Shown: positions 38,461 to 46,558 of the stretch, in pieces
Position numbering within the stretch: the stretch's first letter is position 1
Layout: the number at the start of each line of letters is the position of its first letter
Origin: Eubacteriales Family XIII. Incertae Sedis bacterium
Lineage (GTDB): Bacteria; Bacillota; Clostridia; Peptostreptococcales; Anaerovoracaceae
NCBI GenBank assembly: GCA_031266515.1
Contig: JAISAW010000065.1
Location: forward strand, 1 to 54,519
DNA length: 54,519 nt
Reading direction: 5' to 3'
The notes under the pieces: generated by a model
The model's input: the letters and a program-made list of their open reading frames with translations, nothing else
The model's database searches: none
What the model was told of the DNA's origin: nothing
Position numbers and translations under genes: made by a program

Positions 38461-38608
38461 ATTGCAGCGGAAAGGGACGGCTGTTTTTGGGAATATGGAA
38501 AATTGGACGACATTATCATCAGAATGGGTGATAGAATGTGTCGGTGCCACAGCTATCCGGCCATCAATAAAAAAATGTGACGAACCTGAAGTTCGAACAG
38601 ATAGTTAT

Positions 38609-38769
38609 GGGGACCTCTAAAAATCAATGTTGTGCGAATTTGCCGTGAAGTTTGCCGCGATTCATAGGCAAAAAACGCAGGAATACTGGCGGTATTTTGA
38701 GTATTTTTACCGAAGAAGCGTGGCAAAATACTCGGCAAAGGCGTGCGGCAGGGGTTTTTAGAGGTCCCC
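38609..38769. repeat. 161-bp element bounded by perfect 15-bp inverted repeats (MITE-like or structured leader)
   Basis: GGGGACCTCTAAAAA (38609-23) is the exact reverse complement of TTTTTAGAGGTCCCC (38755-69). The interior carries five TTTGCC(G)/GGCAAA(A) motifs and a nested GAGTATTTT/AAAATACTC hairpin. Confidence 0.8.
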
Positions 38770-38836
38770 TTATGAAGGATGGGGCCATATGGAGTAAGGT
38801 ATGCTTGGGGATGACCAAATCAGAAAAGAAAGCTTA

Positions 38837-39490
38837 ATGCTGGTACTTGCCTCAGCTTCGCCGCGGAGGAAGGAGATTTTCGCATCCCGCGGTATCTACC
38901 CTTTGATAATCCCGTCAAATGCGGAAGAAAAGCTGCCGGAAGGCGCGAAGCTGTCTCCTGAGGAAACGGCGGTGTACCTCGCGGATCTGAAAGCCTCTGC
39001 GGTAGCAGGCGAGATCGGGGCGGACAGGCACGAGACGGAGCTGTCAGGGGTCGACAGGCTGATGGTGGTCGGGGTGGACACCATAGTCTTCCGCGGCGAG
39101 ATCATCGAAAAGCCGCGCGACGAAGCGGACGCCCTTCGGATACTGAGGGCGCTGGCAAACGGCATACATACTGTCATAAGCGGGGTGAGCCTCATAGAGA
39201 TGAGAAGACAGGAAGGAAGACAGGCGGGTTCCGGTACAGGCCACAGGCCGACGTATCGCGTTGTGGGCGGAGAGAAATTTTACGACAGCACAGATGTGGC
39301 TTTTGGCGATTACAGCGACGATGAGATCCTTGAGTACGTGCGAAGCGAGCAGCCGTACGACAAATCGGGCTCTTACGCCATTCAGAGCAGTTGGGGGCGT
39401 CATGTGCGAAAAATAGACGGGAGCGTGGAAAATGTCATAGGCCTCCCTGTCGACAGGATTTTGGGAGCTTTAGGACTTGTCAAACAATAA
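38837..39490 (+). CDS. maf: Maf-family nucleoside triphosphate pyrophosphatase
   Basis: MLVLASASPRRKEI..., GVDTIV and AYAIQ are present. There is an internal ~25-aa insert (RRQEGRQAGSGTGHRPTYRVVGG). Confidence 0.9.
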   Translation: MLVLASASPRRKEIFASRGIYPLIIPSNAEEKLPEGAKLSPEETAVYLADLKASAVAGEIGADRHETELSGVDRLMVVGVDTIVFRGEIIEKPRDEADALRILRALANGIHTVISGVSLIEMRRQEGRQAGSGTGHRPTYRVVGGEKFYDSTDVAFGDYSDDEILEYVRSEQPYDKSGSYAIQSSWGRHVRKIDGSVENVIGLPVDRILGALGLVKQ

Positions 39491-39832
39491 CATGCGATTT
39501 TCCACTTGCCCTTTCACCGCCATGCAGCGTTGCCTTTTTGCCCCGAAGCTTTGCTTCGGCTGGCAAAACGGACAGCGAAGCGAACGGAGTGAGCGTAGGA
39601 GCGCCAAAGGCGCGTTGTCGTCAGTCGCCATACCGCCCAGTATGCCTCCTTCCTTCGCTTAGGATGAGACTCGCTTCGCTCGCGGCTGCCTTGCCTGCCG
39701 GCGAAATTGCGGCGCGGAATTATCACATGTTTTTGTTTGACAAGTCCTTAGGACTTTATTGAAAGTATGCGCCGTATGTGTAAGAATAAGCGAGAAATCT
39801 TCGCGTAGTTCGCGTGGTTATAGTAGTTATAG

Positions 39833-41344
39833 TTGTTTGTGGTTGGCGGCGATGACGCGATGCCCGTGCCGCCGGCGGAGGAATTTATCTTGAAATCAAA
39901 ATCAAATCTGACAATGCCCGTCGTTGTGGTGGTGCTTATCGTGCTGCTGCTGATACCCGCGTTGCTCGGGATGGAGGTCACCCATGAAGAGGCGGAGGAA
40001 CTCGGCTATATCCTTCCGTTCTGGAGCTGTGTCCCGTTCGTGGGGATGCTTCTCTCGATAGCCATCATCCCTCTGGTGAGGCCTCACTGGTGGGAGAAAA
40101 ACCTGTTCAAAGTGGCCATAGCATGGTCGCTCATTTTCCTGGTGCCATTCGCGCTCATCATAGGCCCGCAGTACGCCGGTTTCGAGTTCGTGGAAATGAT
40201 GGTCCTCGACTACCTGCCGTTCATAGTGCTGCTCTGGGGCCTGTTCGCGGTCGCCGGCGGCCTGGTGCTGAAAGGCTCGCTGTCGGGCTCCCCGAAGGTG
40301 AATGTGGCCCTGCTTCTCGTGGGCACGCTGCTCGCAAGCTGGATCGGGACGACTGGCGCGTCAATGGTGATGATAAGGCCGCTTCTCCGGGCGAACAAAT
40401 GGCGGGAGAAAAAAGCCCACAGCGTCATATTTTTCATCTTCCTCGTATCGAACATCGGCGGAAGCCTGACGCCTATCGGCGACCCTCCGCTCTTCCTGGG
40501 CTTCCTCCGAGGGGTTCCCTTCTTCTGGACGATGAGGCTGTTCCCGCTGATGGCGCTGAATGTGGTGATACTGCTGCTCGTTTACTACCTCATCGACAAC
40601 AGGTACTACAGGAAAGAGATTGCCGCAGGGCGTACGCCGGATACGGGCGAAAAAGAAAAGATCAGGATAGAAGGGGCGCACAACCTGATTTTCCTGCTTA
40701 TGATCGTGGGCGCAGTGATACTTTCCGGAGTGCTCCAGTCCGTCGAAGTGATCGCCGAGATGGCTGTGCCGCTTCCCTATGGGCTTGAGCTTGAAATGGC
40801 GAATGTGATCCAAATAGCCATCATCCTGGTCGCGGGGCTGCTCTCCATCAAGACGACGAAAAAAGGGCTTCACGAAGCAAACCATTTCACCTGGGGGCCG
40901 ATCCAGGAAGTCGCCTGCCTGTTCACTGGCATATTCCTGACGATGATACCGGCCCTCGCGATACTGAACGCGCGTGGAGGGGATCTCGGGCTGACGCAAA
41001 ACTGGCAGTTCTTCTGGGCTTCCGGCGCGCTGTCGAGCTTCCTTGACAATGCCCCGACCTATCTCGTGTTCATGACCACTGCGGGCTCGCTTGGCATTGA
41101 CGGGCTTGAGACTGCTGTCGGGACCATAGCCCCTGCGATGCTCATAGCTATATCTGCAGGCGCGGTGTTCATGGGTGCCAATACCTATATAGGGAATGCC
41201 CCGAACTTCATGGTGAGGTCGATAGCGGAAGAAAACGATGTGAAGATGCCGAGCTTTTTCGGCTACATGGGCTGGTCCGGCAGGTTCCTGATCCCGCTCT
41301 TCATCATCGACACAGTGGTTTTCTTCCTCCTGATGTACAGGTAG
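39833..41344 (+). CDS. ArsB/NhaD-superfamily (citrate-transporter-like) permease, putative Na+/H+ antiporter
   Basis: A polytopic protein with ...GTTGASMVMIRPLLRAN... and ...SNIGGSLTPIGDPPLFLGF... The true start is probably TTG 39889 (after GGAGG) or ATG 39914. Confidence 0.75.
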   Translation: MFVVGGDDAMPVPPAEEFILKSKSNLTMPVVVVVLIVLLLIPALLGMEVTHEEAEELGYILPFWSCVPFVGMLLSIAIIPLVRPHWWEKNLFKVAIAWSLIFLVPFALIIGPQYAGFEFVEMMVLDYLPFIVLLWGLFAVAGGLVLKGSLSGSPKVNVALLLVGTLLASWIGTTGASMVMIRPLLRANKWREKKAHSVIFFIFLVSNIGGSLTPIGDPPLFLGFLRGVPFFWTMRLFPLMALNVVILLLVYYLIDNRYYRKEIAAGRTPDTGEKEKIRIEGAHNLIFLLMIVGAVILSGVLQSVEVIAEMAVPLPYGLELEMANVIQIAIILVAGLLSIKTTKKGLHEANHFTWGPIQEVACLFTGIFLTMIPALAILNARGGDLGLTQNWQFFWASGALSSFLDNAPTYLVFMTTAGSLGIDGLETAVGTIAPAMLIAISAGAVFMGANTYIGNAPNFMVRSIAEENDVKMPSFFGYMGWSGRFLIPLFIIDTVVFFLLMYR

Positions 41345-41387
41345 GCAGGCTCTGTTCCCGCGGATTTGAAAAAACGCGCGGGGATAC

Positions 41388-41416
41388 TTGAAATTCGTTT
41401 GAGAAGGAAATATAAT
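41388..41416 (+). promoter_or_regulatory. Near-consensus promoter upstream of tRNA-Leu
   Basis: TTGAAA (41388-93), 17 nt, TATAAT (41411-16). Confidence 0.6.
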
Positions 41417-41462
41417 GGAGCGGTTCTAATGCGGCGTAGCCGCATACAGGGCCGCTTCATAT

Positions 41463-41547
41463 GCGGATATGGCGGAACTGGCAGACGCGCACGGTTCAGG
41501 TCCGTGTGAGGAAACTCATGGAGGTTCGAGTCCTCTTATCCGCACCA
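41463..41547 (+). tRNA. tRNA-Leu (anticodon CAG), CCA encoded
   Basis: Acceptor GCGGATA pairs with TATCCGC. The D-arm is TGGCGGAACTGGCAGACGCGC, the anticodon stem CACGG/CCGTG carries loop TTCAGGT, there is a long variable arm, and the T-arm is GAGGTTCGAGTCCTC. Confidence 0.93.
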
Positions 41548-41557
41548 CGCACGACCC

Positions 41558-41585
41558 AAGAACCGTTGAAAATTCAACGGTTCTT
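41558..41585 (+). terminator. Hairpin terminator after tRNA-Leu
   Basis: AAGAACCGTTGA pairs with TCAACGGTTCTT as a perfect 12-bp stem, followed by a weak T-rich tail (GCTTTAT). Confidence 0.6.
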
Positions 41586-41675
41586 GCTTTATCCGCAAAG
41601 CATGTGAAGTGCATGCGGGACTGGCGCATACGAGGCTGGCACAAAGGGCTGGCATATGAAGGATGGTGAAAAAGC

Positions 41676-41786
41676 ATGCGCTGCGGCAGGCTGCTGAAAA
41701 CACTGGACGAAATGCTTGACGAGGCTCTCGACGGCACGTTCCGGGCCGGTTCATATGATGAAAGCCTCATTTCAAAAATCGAGTCG
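41676..41786 (+). pseudogene. N-terminal remnant of a sensor histidine kinase (peptide-ABC-associated type)
   Basis: MRCGRLLKTLDEMLDEALDGTFRAGSYDESLISKIES resembles the N-termini of Firmicutes sensor kinases paired with FtsX-type ABC exporters. The reading frame then degenerates, with no HisKA or HATPase domain. Confidence 0.35.
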
Positions 41787-41908
41787 AATTATTTCTTTCA
41801 AAAGTGTAAGGTTCGAGAAAGAAGTTCGAAAGAACCGCGCTCTATAATGCGGGAAAGGGAGTACAGCTTTATTGCATTTTTGTGCAGCCGCCGGATCGAA
41901 AGGACAGA

Positions 41909-42112
41909 ATGATGATCGTTCTCAGCACTGGCAATTTGAAAAAACATTACGGCACGGATACGGTCGTAAAAGCGATCGACGGGATCGACTTCGCCGTGGA
42001 GTCAGGCGAGTTCGTTTCCATTGTCGGCAGTTCGGGAAGCGGCAAATCCACGCTCCTTCACCTGCTCGGAGGGCTTGACCGCCCGACTGAAGGCAGCGTC
42101 GAGATAAGATGA
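41909..42112 (+). pseudogene. Truncated ABC transporter ATP-binding gene (Walker A region only)
   Basis: [15 protein letters not shown]...[32 protein letters not shown] stops after about 67 aa. The Q-loop, signature motif and Walker B are missing, and the stop overlaps the permease ATG (ATGA). Confidence 0.65.
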
Positions 42113-44091
42113 AGGTTGCAAGCGGCGGTACAATCCGCAAACTGACGACGCGATTTCTGAAAGCGCACGCGGCGCGAAACGTTATAACCGTCGCCGCCAT
42201 AGCTCTCACCGCCATGATGTTCACGAGTGTGTTTACAATAGGCGGGAATATGCTCGCGGCCATTCGGCATATGCTGGGCGAAGTGAACCAGGGCGAGAAT
42301 TGGATTTCCATGATAATAGACGTTCTCACAGATCCATCAGCGATTGCCGTCCTGTCATTGGTTCTCGTGCTGATCCTGCTGTCAGGATACTTGATAATAT
42401 ATTCGATCTTCGCTATTTCCGTGACCTCAGATATCCATTTTTACGGCTTGCTGAAGACTTTAGGCACAACCGGGCGGCAGATTCGCAAAATTGTCCGCAG
42501 GCAGGCGCTTTTTCTCTCGGCGGCGGGGATCCCCCTCGGTTTGCTCGCGGGTTATATCGCCGGCGTGCGCTTAGTGCCGGTCGTGCTTGGTGTGACGACT
42601 CTTGCCGATGAAATCCCTGCTGCTACAGCAAATCCACTGGTCTTCGTCTTTGCGTCGGCGTTCAGCCTTATCACCGTGTTTATCGGGTGCCGGAAGCCCG
42701 GCAAGATAGCGGCGCGTGTGTCGCCGGTGGAAGCTGTCAGGTATTCAGGCGCAGACGCGGCGGGCGGCCGTAGAGCGAAAAGGACGCGGAAAGTCACGCC
42801 GCTGTCCATGGCGTGGACAAACGTCACGCGTGAAAAACGCAAGCTTGCCGTCATCGTGCTCTCGCTTTCTCTTTCATTGATTCTCCTGAACAGCACGGTC
42901 AGCGTAGTGCAGGGCTTTGACTTGGACGCTTATGTGTCAGATTCCATTATCAGCGACTTTATAGTTGCGGACAGGTCATTGCTCCGTTCTATCGGGACGA
43001 GCGAAACCAGCTACGGGATAGTCCCTCCTGGCTTTGCCAATGAACTCGCGTCGCGCGGAATAACCGAATTCGCTGAAGTCTACTATCAGGAAGATATGAT
43101 GCATCCTCTGCCGGAACAGGCTTATGAGAATTTTAGCCGGATTGCGGAGGCCATGCGTTCGGAATTGGAACGCGATTATAAGGTGGCGCTGCCTTCGCTT
43201 GAGAGTTGCCTGACAGAGCGGCGTCTCCCCACCCAGATATACGGAGTTGGAAGGGGTGCGTTTGAAAACTTCTATCGCGACAGTGAAGGCTTTTATTATG
43301 ACTACGGGAAATTGTCGTCAGGAAACTACGCGGCTGTCGTTGCGCCGTTCCCGGGCCGCGGGCAGGTCTATGACGTCGGGGATGAGATTATCCTGACCAG
43401 CGCTAATGGCGAAAGCCGTTCATTTGAGGTGATAGCTTCCATTGAAGAATACCCTTACAGTATCTCAGCGCGGCACTTCATGGTTCCCGGCCAGGAAGTC
43501 GTGCTCGCGGACAACGTATTTCTTGATTTCTTCGGCGGGCAGAATGCGATGACGGCTCTTTTCAACGCAGCGGACGGAAAGCTGGCAGAGACGGAATCGT
43601 GGCTTGCGGCATACATAGCGCAGACAAATCCCGCACTTGACTACGTCTCCCGCGAAACGCTCAAAGCCGACTTTGCAGGCTTGCAGGCCACTTATCTCAC
43701 ACTCGGCGGCGTCATGTCGTTCATTCTTGCACTCACAGGCATATTGAATTTCATCAATGCGATCGCGACTTCAGTCATAGCCCGCCGCCGCGAATTGGCT
43801 GTGCTGCAAAGCGTCGGCATGACCGGAAAGCAGCTGCGGCATATGCTGTTCTTTGAAGGTGCCTGCTACACAGCTCTGACCGCGTTCCTCACGCTGACTG
43901 CAGGACTCGGGCTGAGCATTCTGATCGTGCAGATGATCGCAGGGGGGATATGGTTTTTCAATCAGAGTTTTACCGCGCTGCCGTCCGTCCTTTTCCTCAT
44001 CCCCTTGCTTTTGATCTGCGCCTGCGCACCCCTGATTTGCTACGCAAAGCTGACGCACGAAAGCCTGGTCACCCGCCTGGGCGGCAACTGA
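42109..44091 (+). CDS. FtsX-family ABC transporter permease (two FtsX domains, large extracytoplasmic domain; BceB/MacB-like)
   Basis: A 660-aa protein with ...[31 protein letters not shown]..., two FtsX TM bundles and an ~270-aa loop. Confidence 0.85.
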   Translation: MKVASGGTIRKLTTRFLKAHAARNVITVAAIALTAMMFTSVFTIGGNMLAAIRHMLGEVNQGENWISMIIDVLTDPSAIAVLSLVLVLILLSGYLIIYSIFAISVTSDIHFYGLLKTLGTTGRQIRKIVRRQALFLSAAGIPLGLLAGYIAGVRLVPVVLGVTTLADEIPAATANPLVFVFASAFSLITVFIGCRKPGKIAARVSPVEAVRYSGADAAGGRRAKRTRKVTPLSMAWTNVTREKRKLAVIVLSLSLSLILLNSTVSVVQGFDLDAYVSDSIISDFIVADRSLLRSIGTSETSYGIVPPGFANELASRGITEFAEVYYQEDMMHPLPEQAYENFSRIAEAMRSELERDYKVALPSLESCLTERRLPTQIYGVGRGAFENFYRDSEGFYYDYGKLSSGNYAAVVAPFPGRGQVYDVGDEIILTSANGESRSFEVIASIEEYPYSISARHFMVPGQEVVLADNVFLDFFGGQNAMTALFNAADGKLAETESWLAAYIAQTNPALDYVSRETLKADFAGLQATYLTLGGVMSFILALTGILNFINAIATSVIARRRELAVLQSVGMTGKQLRHMLFFEGACYTALTAFLTLTAGLGLSILIVQMIAGGIWFFNQSFTALPSVLFLIPLLLICACAPLICYAKLTHESLVTRLGGN

Positions 44092-44100
44092 TAGTTAATC

Positions 44101-44165
44101 GCAAAGTGTAACGGTCAGTGCAATGGCTTTGCCTTTCGCCCGTTGCACTGACCTTTACACTTTGC
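44101..44165. repeat. Inverted repeat with 23-bp arms (22/23 match) and a 19-nt loop
   Basis: GCAAAGTGTAACGGTCAGTGCAA (44101-23) faces TTGCACTGACCTTTACACTTTGC (44143-65), 10 nt after the permease stop. Confidence 0.85.
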
Positions 44166-44212
44166 GCCGGTCTTTTGGTCTTTTGATCAGATGGATTGGA
44201 TAAAGCGCGCCC

Positions 44213-44241
44213 TTGCGAAACGCTCCCCTTTCTAATATAAT
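44213..44241 (+). promoter_or_regulatory. Candidate promoter for tRNA-Pro
   Basis: TTGCGA (44213-18), 17 nt, TATAAT (44236-41). The tRNA starts at 44255. Confidence 0.55.
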
Positions 44242-44254
44242 GCTCTTCGCCTGT

Positions 44255-44332
44255 CGGGGTGTAGCGCAGTTTGGTTAGCGTACTTGACTGGGGGTCAAGG
44301 GGTCGTGAGTTCGAATCTCACCACTCCGACCA
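44255..44332 (+). tRNA. tRNA-Pro (anticodon GGG), CCA encoded
   Basis: Acceptor CGGGGTG pairs with CACTCCG. The anticodon stem CTTGA/TCAAG carries loop CTGGGGG, and the T-arm is GTGAGTTCGAATCTCAC. Confidence 0.92.
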
Positions 44333-44658
44333 TGAGAATCGTCGAAACGTAAAAGTTTCGGCGATTCTTTGTTTATATCGAACTCACGGCCGGAGGGGCG
44401 CGGGGAGGATTCCTCCCCGTATAGGAGCCGCGAGCGAAAGCGAGCTGCGGACCACTTCTCCGGGGGTGACAGGACGTAGCAGCCGAAGGCTGCGTAGTCC
44501 GCCGGGAGGGGGCCGCGCCCCCTACGGAGAGCGCCGCGAGGGAGTGAGTTCGAATCTCACCACTCCGACCATGAGAATCGTCGAAACGTAAAAGTTTCGG
44601 CGATTCTTTGTTTATATCGAACTCACGGCCGGAGGGGCGCGGGGAGGATTCCTCCCCG
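44305..44658 (+). repeat. X-Y-X structure: perfect 115-bp direct repeats (44305-44419 and 44544-44658) around a 124-bp GC-rich insert
   Basis: Both copies begin at GTGAGTTCGAATCTCACCACTCCGACCA, the last 28 nt of tRNA-Pro, and include the terminator plus 48 more nt. Base-by-base comparison shows they are identical. Confidence 0.95.
44336..44374 (+). terminator. Terminator hairpin after tRNA-Pro (duplicated at 44575-44613)
   Basis: GAATCGTCGAAAC pairs with GTTTCGGCGATTC as a 13-bp stem with one G-U, followed by TTTGTTT. Confidence 0.7.
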
Positions 44659-44788
44659 ATTAAAAACTCATTAAAATCCTGACACGTATCTTTAAATATT
44701 GAAATACACCCTGCGCTGCTTTACTTATCATTGTGCTGTGGATCCGCCGGAGTGCAGGGCGCTTTTGCGGGTTGGAAGGAGACTTGGC

Positions 44789-46558
44789 ATGGATGAGCGG
44801 AAGTGGTGGAAGGAAAGCGTCGTTTATCAGATATACCCTCAGAGCTTTTGCGACGGCAATGGCGATGGCGTGGGCGACCTTCCCGGCATCATAGGCAAAT
44901 TAGACTACCTTGCGGATCTCGGGGCGGATGTGCTCTGGCTTTCCCCCATTTACCCAAGCCCCGGGCACGACAACGGGTACGATATAAGCGATTATGAGGC
45001 GATTGACCCTCGCTACGGCGATATGGAGGACTTTGAACGACTCCTTGCCGAAACCCATGCGAGAGGCCTCCGGCTCATCATCGACCTGGTCGTCAACCAC
45101 ACTTCGATCGAACACCCATGGTTCAAATCAGCCCGCTCGGGCAAAAATGATCCCAAACGCGACTATTATATATGGAGAGACCCGGCACCGGGCGGCAGGC
45201 CACCAAACAACTGGGGCGCGCTGTTTGGAGGCAGTGCCTGGACGCTCGACGAAAAAAGCGGCCAGTATTACCTGCACCTGTTTTCGCCCTGGCAGCCCGA
45301 ACTGAACTGGGAAAACCCTCTGTTGAGGCAGGATATCTACGCCATGATGCGCCGCTGGCTGGCAAAAGGCGTGGACGGCTTCCGCATGGACGTCATCAGC
45401 CTGATAGCAAAACCCGACGACTTTTCGGACGGACCGGTGGGGGCGAGCGGATACTTCGACCCCCGTGAGCGCGTCGCCGCCAACCCAAAAGTCCATGAGT
45501 ACCTGAGGGAGATGCGGAAGGAAGCACTGTCAGGCCACGATGTCATGACAGTGGGAGAGGCTTCGGCTACAACGCTGGAAGACGCCCGCCAACTCACAAA
45601 CCCGAGCGGCGACGAACTCGATATGGTATTCCAGTTCGAACACATGGATCTGGACGGCGGAGAGACTTTCAAGTGGAACGACCGCACCATTCCCCTGCTG
45701 AGGCTCAAAAACGTGATGGCGAAATGGCAGCAGGGCCTTGCGCACAGCGGCTGGAACGCATTGTTTTGGAACAATCACGACCAGCCCCGCATGCTCTCAC
45801 GGCTCGGGGACGAGGGCGAGTACAGAGAGGCTTCGGCAAAAATGCTGGCGGCCTGCCTGCACATGATGCAAGGCTCCCCTTTCATATATCAGGGCGAAGA
45901 GCTGGGCATGACCAATATGCGCTTCACCCGCCCGGAACAACTGAGGGACGGCGAGAGCCGGAATGCCTACAGGCACTACGTCCTGGACGGCGATATAGCA
46001 AAAGACGATATGCTTCGCTACATCAGCCTGAAAAGCCGCGACAATGCCCGTACCCCGATACAGTGGGATGCTTCCCCGGGTGCCGGGTTCACTCAGGCGG
46101 CCCCGTGGATGGATATCAACCCGAACCATACGGAGATCAATGCCGAAGAGCAGCTGCACCGCAAAGGCTCCGTACTGAGTTTCTACAAAGAGCTCACCCG
46201 CCTCAGGCACATGCATCCGATAGTGGTATACGGGGACTTCGTACCGTATGCCCAGGAGGACTCTCGGGTTTTTGCCTACACGCGGATACTTGACGGGGAG
46301 ATACTCTTTGTATGCTGCAACTTTACTGCTCAGGCTCTGGACTTCGCCCCGCCAGACGGCCTGCAGGGCGAAAACGCCAGGCTGTTGCTGACAAACTGCG
46401 CAGACAGCGCCTACATGGCGGAATCCCGCCTGGCACCGTACGAAGCCGTGGTGATTTTGGCGAATGGGCACAGCGGCAGCTCAAGCAACAAGCCAGGACT
46501 GCCGGGCGGCCGAGACAGTTTTGATGGGGTCCGGACCCCAGGGAAGGAGAAATCGTAA
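44789..46558 (+). CDS. GH13 alpha-glucosidase / oligo-1,6-glucosidase family
   Basis: WWKESVVYQIYPQSF, DLVVNHTS, GFRMDVI, EHMDL and FWNNHDQPR are the GH13 conserved regions. ATG 44789 follows AGGAG. Confidence 0.92.
   Translation: MDERKWWKESVVYQIYPQSFCDGNGDGVGDLPGIIGKLDYLADLGADVLWLSPIYPSPGHDNGYDISDYEAIDPRYGDMEDFERLLAETHARGLRLIIDLVVNHTSIEHPWFKSARSGKNDPKRDYYIWRDPAPGGRPPNNWGALFGGSAWTLDEKSGQYYLHLFSPWQPELNWENPLLRQDIYAMMRRWLAKGVDGFRMDVISLIAKPDDFSDGPVGASGYFDPRERVAANPKVHEYLREMRKEALSGHDVMTVGEASATTLEDARQLTNPSGDELDMVFQFEHMDLDGGETFKWNDRTIPLLRLKNVMAKWQQGLAHSGWNALFWNNHDQPRMLSRLGDEGEYREASAKMLAACLHMMQGSPFIYQGEELGMTNMRFTRPEQLRDGESRNAYRHYVLDGDIAKDDMLRYISLKSRDNARTPIQWDASPGAGFTQAAPWMDINPNHTEINAEEQLHRKGSVLSFYKELTRLRHMHPIVVYGDFVPYAQEDSRVFAYTRILDGEILFVCCNFTAQALDFAPPDGLQGENARLLLTNCADSAYMAESRLAPYEAVVILANGHSGSSSNKPGLPGGRDSFDGVRTPGKEKS

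Noticed and set aside
38553-38837. Three 61-64-aa ORFs inside the inverted-repeat-bounded element
   Set aside because: They overlap one another on both strands, lack ribosome-binding sites, and coincide with repeat and hairpin structure. A non-coding interpretation is more economical.
39660-39780. yybP-ykoY (Mn2+) riboswitch upstream of the permease
   Set aside because: TTGTTTGACA followed by a hairpin resembles the conserved UUGACA region. The GGGGAGUAG 5' element and the AGACCUUU closing strand are not present at the right spacing.
44271-44591. A 106-aa ORF across tRNA-Pro and the direct repeats
   Set aside because: It starts inside the tRNA gene and reads through the terminators and the GC-rich repeat. 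It has no ribosome-binding site and no protein-like features.
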